Shown: piece after piece, positions 57,407 through 64,000 of the stretch | How positions within the stretch are numbered: the first letter of the stretch is position 1 | Layout of the letters: each line of letters opens with the position of its first letter | NCBI GenBank assembly: GCA_963695345.1 | Contig: OY968769.1 | Location: 2,304,001 to 2,368,000, forward strand | Source of the DNA: an uncultured Methanomassiliicoccales archaeon | GTDB lineage: Archaea; Thermoplasmatota; Thermoplasmata; Methanomassiliicoccales; UBA472 | Direction: 5' to 3' | DNA: 64,000 bases | Notes under the pieces: generated by a model | What the model was told of the DNA's origin: nothing | Seen by the model: only the letters and a program-made list of their open reading frames with translations | Databases searched by the model: none | Translations under genes and position numbers: made by a program

Positions 57407-58270
57407 GTGCGCATAATATCTGTCGTTGACAACATGTCGGGCACGTCCTTCAACTACTCCAAGTTGGTCAAGCGCCTGGACAGGCCGGACCGGCACTTCC
57501 TTTCGGAGCATGGGCTGTCAATACTGATCGAGACCGATGACGGCAAGAGGGTACTGGTGGACACCGGTGCCTCAAACATGGTTTTCTCCCATAATCTCAA
57601 TCTGCTGGGATTCAAACCGAACGACATCGATGCGGTCTTCATATCCCATGGCCACTATGATCATATGGGCGGCCTCATACCGATGATCGACGCCGGAAAA
57701 CCCATCTACGGCGACCCGAAACTGTTCTCCTCGAAGCGCTTCGCCGTCGCCATTGATGGCACCAAGAGGGACATCAGCGCCCCGAGGGAGCTAATCGACG
57801 CCCTGCCCCGGGCCAATCTCCACCTTTCCTCTTCCAGCGTGGAGATAGTACCAGGCGTGAAGACATCCGGGCAGATCGTCCGGGAGTCGAAGTTCGAGGT
57901 CCAGGACCGGTTCCTCAAGGAGGAGGAGATCGGTTGTCCGGTCAATGACGAGGTCTTCGAGGAGCAGGCGCTCTTCATCCAGACCAAGAAGGGCCTGGTG
58001 ATCGTGTCGGGATGCGGTCACCCCGGCATCGTGAACGTGGTCACCCAGGCGAAGAGAAGCTTCGACAAGAGGATATACATGGTCATCGGCGGGTTCCATC
58101 TCAGCTCAGCCAGCAAGGACCGGATCCTGAAGACCATGGACGGACTCAAGGCACTGGGCGTTGACCGAATAGCTCCCACCCACTGCACCGGTTTCGAGGC
58201 ATTGAAGATGATGTCCGACCGATTCGTCGGGTTCGATATGCTTCCCTCCGGCAGCGAGATCACGATCTGA
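57407..58270 (+). CDS. MBL-fold metallohydrolase (COG1237-like)
   Basis: EHGLS, DTG, SHGHYDHMGG, GCGHPG, GGFHL, HCTG. The GTG start directly follows the ramA TAA. Confidence 0.9.
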   Translation: MRIISVVDNMSGTSFNYSKLVKRLDRPDRHFLSEHGLSILIETDDGKRVLVDTGASNMVFSHNLNLLGFKPNDIDAVFISHGHYDHMGGLIPMIDAGKPIYGDPKLFSSKRFAVAIDGTKRDISAPRELIDALPRANLHLSSSSVEIVPGVKTSGQIVRESKFEVQDRFLKEEEIGCPVNDEVFEEQALFIQTKKGLVIVSGCGHPGIVNVVTQAKRSFDKRIYMVIGGFHLSSASKDRILKTMDGLKALGVDRIAPTHCTGFEALKMMSDRFVGFDMLPSGSEITI

Positions 58271-58330
58271 GATCGTCAGGATCGCCGGAACGAGCTTTTT
58301 TATCCTCGTTCCGACAACGTTCTTTACGAC

Positions 58331-58876
58331 ATGTTTGTGGAGAGGCCGGACGATTGGCAATGGCAGGAACTGGTCACCACCTATGGACATCCAACGTTCG
58401 CCGATCAGGAACGGAGGATCCATGGAAGTGCCGAGGACAAGGACGCCATGACGCGCCGAGGGGACGTGATCCTGCTCATTTTCAATCTTGGCGGTTCGTG
58501 TGTCTTTGTCAAAAGGAAAGGAGCGATGGACTGGTCCTTTCCGACAGGCCCGATCGGGCCGGGGGAAGGGATCATCGAGGCAGCACATCGAGAGGCGATG
58601 GAACAGGCCGGGGTCACGATAGTTCCGATCGGGGTTCCGCTCTGCCAAAGGGTGAATGCGACATCCAGGGACACGACCTCCCAGAGATGGCGTTTGGTGG
58701 TGGTGGCGGAGACCGCCACGTCCGACCTGCGTCCGGAGGATCAAGGAGGTGTCGAAGCCAGGCTTTTCGACATTCCTCCGACCGTGCATGATCATGACAA
58801 AGCGGCATGGATGGCAGAATTGCACGGTGTCGCCACCCGCTTCATGCGGTCGATGGACGCCATGGACGGGATATGA
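58331..58876 (+). CDS. NUDIX-like protein (variant box)
   Basis: PTGPIGPGEGIIEAAHREAMEQAGV matches Gx5Ex7REUxEExGU, with EE changed to EQ. Confidence 0.75.
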   Translation: MFVERPDDWQWQELVTTYGHPTFADQERRIHGSAEDKDAMTRRGDVILLIFNLGGSCVFVKRKGAMDWSFPTGPIGPGEGIIEAAHREAMEQAGVTIVPIGVPLCQRVNATSRDTTSQRWRLVVVAETATSDLRPEDQGGVEARLFDIPPTVHDHDKAAWMAELHGVATRFMRSMDAMDGI

Positions 58877-58962
58877 GCGTCACCGAACGAACAATATATC
58901 TTCCACCGACGCAAATAATACAAGTCACCCTGAACAGAAGAGCCCTGTGAGGAGGTGTTTTG

Positions 58963-59247
58963 ATGGCCGAAGATGAAAAGAGATTGGAATGTAAGGATTG
59001 CGGAGATACCGGTCCCGGCCCAGAGAAGACCAGTAAAATATGGGTGAAGGACAGGTTCGTTGACGCTTACGGTATCGATGACATCATTGAGGATGTTTTC
59101 CACATGAACATCAAGGACCGCAACCGTATCGCTGATGAGCTGATGTCCCGGTTCCTAGAGAACAACCAGATACCTGATGGTCTGGAGAAGGACTACCGGA
59201 CCGCATTGGTCGATGAATATGAAATAAGGCTGCTGCCGTATCTCTGA
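58963..59247 (+). CDS. Small hypothetical protein with CxxCG motif
   Basis: GGAGGTG RBS; CKDCG followed by a helical domain (NQIP..DYRTALVDEY). Confidence 0.7.
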   Translation: MAEDEKRLECKDCGDTGPGPEKTSKIWVKDRFVDAYGIDDIIEDVFHMNIKDRNRIADELMSRFLENNQIPDGLEKDYRTALVDEYEIRLLPYL

Positions 59248-59304
59248 GAAGTCGGATATTCGATGGACTTATAGGGGCGCAGAGCTTGTCGAACCCGATC
59301 AAGA

Positions 59305-60141
59305 ATGACCTGGGCATCCGATCTTTTTGAGCTGTTCGAAGGCATGGACTTTCTCGAGCAGTCATACGAGCAAATGATTGACGACCGGTTCACGGAAGAG
59401 ATCAGGCTGATCGACGCCTCCGAGAGCCGCATGCTCATCGACGAGGACGAATGGCCGCTGTCGTTCGCGGTCAAGACCCCGAAGGGATGGAGGGCGACCA
59501 GCTTTCTTCTCCGGAAACCCCGGGTGGAGATCGTTGAGCGGTATGAGGCATTGGGCGGAGAGATATTCCAGACCGACAAGGCCGAGTTCGCCGCCGCGAT
59601 GAGGGAACATTTCTCCGAGAGATTGCTCCAGCAGGTGCAGACCGCGGTGGAGGATTTCTCCGCCGAGAGATGCACCAAGGTGCAGGATCTGATCACCGAT
59701 GTCTGGGGCGAGAGGATCGGCCAAGGCTGTTTGGATGTGGCGTGCGGCTCGGGTCTCGGATCGGCCGCCTTGAGACAGTTGGGTATGATCCCCATATCCT
59801 ATGACAACGATCCCGGGCTGCTGGCCTTGGGCATGAGGAAGGGCCGTCTGATGCCAGAGGGTACGATGTGCATCGACGCCACCAGGGCGAGCCTGCTGGC
59901 TCCCAGGGCCCCGCTCGGCCTGATCCTGATGGCCGGTTCCATCAACAACTTCAACGAGTATGTTTGGAAGGCCATAGTACAGGAGACCCTCAAGTTGACA
60001 TCGATGACGTTGATCACGGTGGAGACGAAGAACGAAGCGGAACGGGTCAAAGGCTGGTGCGTCCCCAAAGGCCGCGATGTCAACCTGTTCGAGAACGACC
60101 GTGACCCGTTCTATGACCGTTGGGTGTGCTCGATCTCCTGA
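59305..60141 (+). CDS. Class I SAM-dependent methyltransferase-like protein
   Basis: Motif I CLDVACGSGLGS, acidic strand-2 end SYDND, IDA. Extra N-terminal domain. Confidence 0.8.
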   Translation: MTWASDLFELFEGMDFLEQSYEQMIDDRFTEEIRLIDASESRMLIDEDEWPLSFAVKTPKGWRATSFLLRKPRVEIVERYEALGGEIFQTDKAEFAAAMREHFSERLLQQVQTAVEDFSAERCTKVQDLITDVWGERIGQGCLDVACGSGLGSAALRQLGMIPISYDNDPGLLALGMRKGRLMPEGTMCIDATRASLLAPRAPLGLILMAGSINNFNEYVWKAIVQETLKLTSMTLITVETKNEAERVKGWCVPKGRDVNLFENDRDPFYDRWVCSIS

Positions 60142-60328
60142 TCACGCCGATCTGGTCATGGGTCCGAGCAAGAGTGGGACAATGGTGATATAGCCGCCAT
60201 TGGCACCATCCTTTTTTCCGTCCCTTTATTGTGAACCGTCAATGATTTATATTATTGACATTGATTGGTGAAACATTGTAACACGAATCGTTTAGAAAAC
60301 GTTCGATTATTGCAATGGAGGGTGCTAA

Positions 60329-60799
60329 ATGGACGAAACGGACCTGAAGATCCTGAAGATGCTGAAGCAAGACTCCAGAGTAAGCCTCGGCAAGATCGCT
60401 GAAAAGCTAGAGATATCCAAGGCAACCGTCTCGCGCCGGATCTCCAAGATGGAGAACGACGACCTGATCTCCGGATATACCTTAATCACCAATTCCACCA
60501 AGCTCGGCCTGATGCGTGCCATCATCGGGATAGAGGTGGTCGGGTCGTCCCTGACCGAGGTCATCGAGGAGCTGAAGAGGTTCGAGGAGATCCAGAACAT
60601 CTTCAAGGTCTTTGGAGACCACAGCCTGATCTGCGAGGTCTATACCAAGAACGTAGACTCCCTCTACGACCTGATCCAGAGCCGAATCCTCAAGGTGGCA
60701 AGCATCCATAATGTCGAGGTGGACATTCTTATCGAGAAGATATCGTTGAACCCCGACGCCGAGTTGGACATGCTCAGCAAGGCCACATCCATTGTCTGA
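60329..60799 (+). CDS. Lrp/AsnC family transcriptional regulator
   Basis: MDETDLKILKML..DSR..IAEKLEISKATVSRRISKM..VFGDHSL. Confidence 0.93.
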   Translation: MDETDLKILKMLKQDSRVSLGKIAEKLEISKATVSRRISKMENDDLISGYTLITNSTKLGLMRAIIGIEVVGSSLTEVIEELKRFEEIQNIFKVFGDHSLICEVYTKNVDSLYDLIQSRILKVASIHNVEVDILIEKISLNPDAELDMLSKATSIV

Positions 60800-60856
60800 C
60801 AGCAGTCCAGGAGCGAACTGCACAACCGTTATAATCGGCAAGCGCATCCACCGTTC

Positions 60857-62075
60857 ATGAGCCGCAAGGCGAAGGTGGCCGCGCCCGGCCCGGAAGGCTA
60901 TCGCACCGAGGACCCGGAGGAGACCCTGTCCCGCATAGAACCCCTCACCAAGAAGGCAGGGATAAGCCGTGTCGCCGACATCACCGGGCTGGACCGTATC
61001 GGTATTCCGGTTTTCTCCACCATCCGTCCGTCCGCCGAGACTGGTGCCATATCCATCTACAACGGAAAGGGCCTGACCCCGGCCCAGGCCAGGATATCGG
61101 CGATAATGGAAGGCATCGAAAGATACAGCGCGGAAGTGCACGGCGACGTCCTGGTCAGGGAACTCATGGAGGATATGCTGAGCGGTGGGAACGCTCTCGA
61201 TCCGCGCGAGCTTATCCTTCCCATCTACACCAAAATGAGGCTGAAGGACATGCCTGTCGCCTGGGTGAAGGGAAGGGAGATCGGGAGCGAAAAGGAGATC
61301 ATGGTTCCGGCCAGCGCCGTCTATCATCCCTATGGCTCAGCGGCGGACCTGCCCTTGTTCCGTTCCAACACCAACGGGCTCGCCTCCGGCAATACCCTGA
61401 ATGAGGCGATATTGCACGGACTCTGCGAGGTCATCGAGAGGGACGCTTGGTCCCTGACGGAGGTAAAGAGGAAGGTCATCTCGGATATATCAATAGATGA
61501 AGAGGGCGGACTGCTGAGGGAGACCCTGGACCGGTTCACCTCCAAGGGGGTGGAGGTGCATCTCAAGAACCTCACCAGCGACATTGGCATGCCGGTCATC
61601 GCAGCGGCGGCGGACGACGTGCAGCTGCAGGATGCGGGTCTGCTGACCCTTGGCATAGGGGCGCACCCGTCCCCCAAGGTGGCGGCCCTGAAGGCTTTGA
61701 CGGAGGTGGCCCAGAGCAGGCTAACCCAGATACACGGGGCGAGGGAGGATGCGGTCATGGCGGACGGCAACCGGAAGCTTGGCTATGACCGTGTGAAGCG
61801 GATGAACCAGCTATGGTTCGGGAAGGCCGCCGCGATCAGGAACATAGAGGATATGGAAGTCTATCGACAAAGGGGACATCGAGGCCAATATTGCAGAGGT
61901 GGTTGACCGTGTCCACGCAGTGGGATTAAGGTCGGCCATCGTCACCGATCTGACCAGAAAGGAGATCGGCATACCGGTCGTTAGGGTGCTTGTCCCGGGT
62001 CTCGAGGTGTTCTCCATCGATTCTGACCGGGTGGGAAGAAGGTTGATGGAAGCGGAAAGGAGCCTTCGCGGATGA
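60857..62075 (+). CDS. ycaO: YcaO (McrA glycine thioamidation protein), interrupted by a +1 frameshift near 61862
   Basis: ITGLDRIGIPV, GKG, MEGIER, SNTNGLASG, EVIERD, LTEVAQSR. The expected C-terminus DLTRKEIGIPVVRVLVPGLE lies in another frame, whose TGA (62075) overlaps the tfuA ATG. Confidence 0.92.
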
Positions 62076-62749
62076 AACCGGTCATCTTCCTGGGAATGAG
62101 CCTGCCTCTGGACGAGGCCAGAAAGATCCTTGACGCCGACTACCGTCCGCCCATCAGAAGAGGTGACCTGCCCCGGCTGGACGAAAGGACCCGGTGGGTC
62201 GGGATCATAGATGGGGTTTTCATGAACGACTGTTCGGTAGGTCACCGAGAGATCATTGCCCTGCTGAAGAGAGGGGTGACGGTGGTCGGAGGAGGCAGCA
62301 TGGGCGCGCTGAGGGCGTCCGAGCTGGGAGACCTCGGGATGATCGGGGTCGGCAGGGTCTATGAGATGTATCTCAATGGCGAGATCGAGGGCGATGATGA
62401 AGTGGCGATCATATTCAATCCGGAGACGAACGATCCCCTGTCAGAACCGCTCGTGAATATCCGCGCGACGCTGGCACTCGCCGTGGAAAGAGGGGTGCTG
62501 GAGGCGGACGCATCGAACCAGATTCTGGAAAAGGTCCGGGCGGAATACTTCCCTAGGCGTTCAATCCCGAGAACGGTCGAGCTAGCAAGGGAAATCTTGG
62601 ACCATCGAACGTTCAAGGATTTTACTGAATTCGTAAACATTTCAACGGTAGACCTCAAAAGAAGGGATGCTATCGCCGTATTGCAGAAAATCGAGAAAAT
62701 CCGAAAAAACGCAATCCTCGAAAAATCCGAAAAAACGAAAATTTCGTAA
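62072..62749 (+). CDS. tfuA: TfuA (McrA thioamidation partner)
   Basis: PPIRRGDL, IIDGVF, HREI, SMGALRASEL, DDEVA, SEPLVNIR, DLKRRDA. Confidence 0.95.
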   Translation: MKPVIFLGMSLPLDEARKILDADYRPPIRRGDLPRLDERTRWVGIIDGVFMNDCSVGHREIIALLKRGVTVVGGGSMGALRASELGDLGMIGVGRVYEMYLNGEIEGDDEVAIIFNPETNDPLSEPLVNIRATLALAVERGVLEADASNQILEKVRAEYFPRRSIPRTVELAREILDHRTFKDFTEFVNISTVDLKRRDAIAVLQKIEKIRKNAILEKSEKTKIS

Positions 62750-62787
62750 AAATCGAAACCTCCGTCAACACCTTAAAAACCAAAAAA

Positions 62788-62888
62788 ATTAACGCCGTTA
62801 ATGTTCATCATCTGACCATCTGGATGATGTTTTTGCGTTTACCGTCGTTTAGGATGGATGGATTCTCCATCCATCATCAAGCTTAAAT
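62788..62888 (+). promoter_or_regulatory. mcr promoter region with three tandem inverted repeats and a TATA-like box
   Basis: ATTAACG-C-CGTTAAT (62788-62802), CATCATC-N10-GATGATG (62806-62829), GATGGATGGA-TTC-TCCATCCATC (62853-62875), and CTTAAAT at 62882. Confidence 0.6.
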
Positions 62889-62986
62889 CATATTTGCTGA
62901 TACTATACCCTCGCAAGGGGAGCCGATTTTCACTAGATTGATGCAAATCTCTTGTGAAAATTGAGTTATTAAAAAGGAGGTAAAAC

Positions 62987-64000
62987 ATGGCAAAGTACAA
63001 GGACAAGGTGGACTTGTATGACGACAGGGGCAAGGTTATCGAAAAGCAAGTGCCCCTCGAGGCAATAAGTCCTCTATACAACCCAGCCATAAAGCGAACA
63101 GTTTCTCTAGCTAAGAGAACGATCGCGGTCGACCTAGGCGCTATTGAGAAAGGTCTCAAGACCGGCCGCGTCGGCGGCGGAGTTCTGCGCGGAAGAGAGA
63201 TGAACCTCGCGATTGTGGCAAACGCAGAGAAAATCGCAAAGAAGACCAAGGAAATCCTGAAGACCAGCAAGGATGATGACACTGAAGTCAGAACCTTGAT
63301 GGAAGGGAAGAAGATGATCGTCATCGTCCCGGAGACCAGGTTGGACGCTGGTGTAGAGTACACCACCGGATTCACCGCGGCCGCCGCAGCAGTGACGCAG
63401 GTCATCCTCGACGAGTTCGACGTTGACATGTTCCAGGCGAGCATGGTCAAGGCGGCCGTATGGGGAAGGTACCCGCAGACCATCAACTTCCAGAACTCCA
63501 ACCTGAAGTCTATTCTGGATGTCCCGCAGCTGAACGAGGGTGCTGGATACGCCCTCAGGAACATCATGGCCAACCACATTGTTGCCCTATCCGGCAAGAG
63601 CGCCATGAACGCCGCAGCACTGTCCTCGATATTCGAGCATGCCGCGTCATTCGAGATGGGCGACGCAATCGGCCCGTTCGAAAGGCAGCAGCTACTCGGT
63701 CTCGCATACCAGGGACTGAACGCCAACAACATCGTCTACGGCATAACCAAGGACAACGGCAAGACCGGAACAGTCGGTACCGTCGTCGAGTCCATCGTCG
63801 GCCGTGCGATCGAAGACAAGGTCATAAAGGTCAAGGAGAAGTTGCCGTCGGGATTCAAGATCTACACAACCAACGACTTCCCGCTGTGGAACGCATATGC
63901 CGCCGCAGGAATGCTCGCCGCAATCATGGTCAACATCGGTGCCGCAAGAGCATCCCAGGGTATCCCGTCAACCATCCTATACTACAACGACCTGCTTGAG
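62987..64000 (+). CDS. mcrB: Methyl-coenzyme M reductase beta subunit (runs off window; absent from ORF track)
   Basis: AGGAGGT RBS, then [94 protein letters not shown]. Confidence 0.98.
   Translation, partial: MAKYKDKVDLYDDRGKVIEKQVPLEAISPLYNPAIKRTVSLAKRTIAVDLGAIEKGLKTGRVGGGVLRGREMNLAIVANAEKIAKKTKEILKTSKDDDTEVRTLMEGKKMIVIVPETRLDAGVEYTTGFTAAAAAVTQVILDEFDVDMFQASMVKAAVWGRYPQTINFQNSNLKSILDVPQLNEGAGYALRNIMANHIVALSGKSAMNAAALSSIFEHAASFEMGDAIGPFERQQLLGLAYQGLNANNIVYGITKDNGKTGTVGTVVESIVGRAIEDKVIKVKEKLPSGFKIYTTNDFPLWNAYAAAGMLAAIMVNIGAARASQGIPSTILYYNDLLE

Noticed and set aside
55847-57511. Long antisense or alternative-frame ORFs (also 8924..10723, 22978..24030, 62839..63732 and others)
   Set aside because: These are shadow ORFs produced by high GC3 over clear genes and carry no motifs of their own.
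60857-62749. YcaO-TfuA as a thioamitide RiPP cluster
   Set aside because: It lies directly upstream of mcrB with no precursor peptide; the established role is McrA thioglycine formation.
1-64000. Pyrrolysine (amber) readthrough genes
   Set aside because: Genes ending in TAG (2456, 7551, 27874, 37955, 42520, 52161, 54189) are already full length and reach another stop shortly after. The one at 40496 reads on only into an alternative frame of recJ. No mtmB/mtbB/mttB or pyl genes were seen.

Overview
A GC-rich archaeal chromosomal segment from a methyl-reducing methanogen, most consistent with Methanomassiliicoccales (inferred from gene content: mcrB, ycaO-tfuA, RamA, MtaA-type MT2, Ech, DUF835 sensors, FN3/LRR adhesins). 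The left half (1-30 kb) encodes ABC-2 exporters, an orphan HEPN protein, a degenerate FlaH/KaiC ATPase, large surface proteins (FN3 arrays, a papain-FN3 fusion, Cys-rich Ig repeats, BspA-type LRR) and several uncharacterised membrane proteins. The middle (30-42 kb) is housekeeping: sepF, HD hydrolase, rtcB flanked by two 7TM-DUF835 genes, tRNA-His, argF and RecJ/YprB/phosphoesterase. The right part (42-64 kb) is a methanogenesis cluster. It holds echABCDEF, an unannotated 31-aa zinc-finger microprotein, a radical SAM enzyme, a corrinoid protein, a six-repeat membrane protein, a lone hydantoinase-A-like ATPase, MT2, RamA, a SAM methyltransferase, an Lrp regulator, frameshifted ycaO, tfuA and the start of mcrB, which the ORF track misses. 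The best candidates for new biology are the methyl-transfer module with no substrate-specific MT1, a palindrome (TGGATGG-N5-CCATC) shared by the mcr and corrinoid promoters, and the methyltransferase beside ycaO-tfuA-mcr. All family assignments come from motif recognition by eye; no searches were run. No CRISPR array, IS element, integrase or rRNA was seen.
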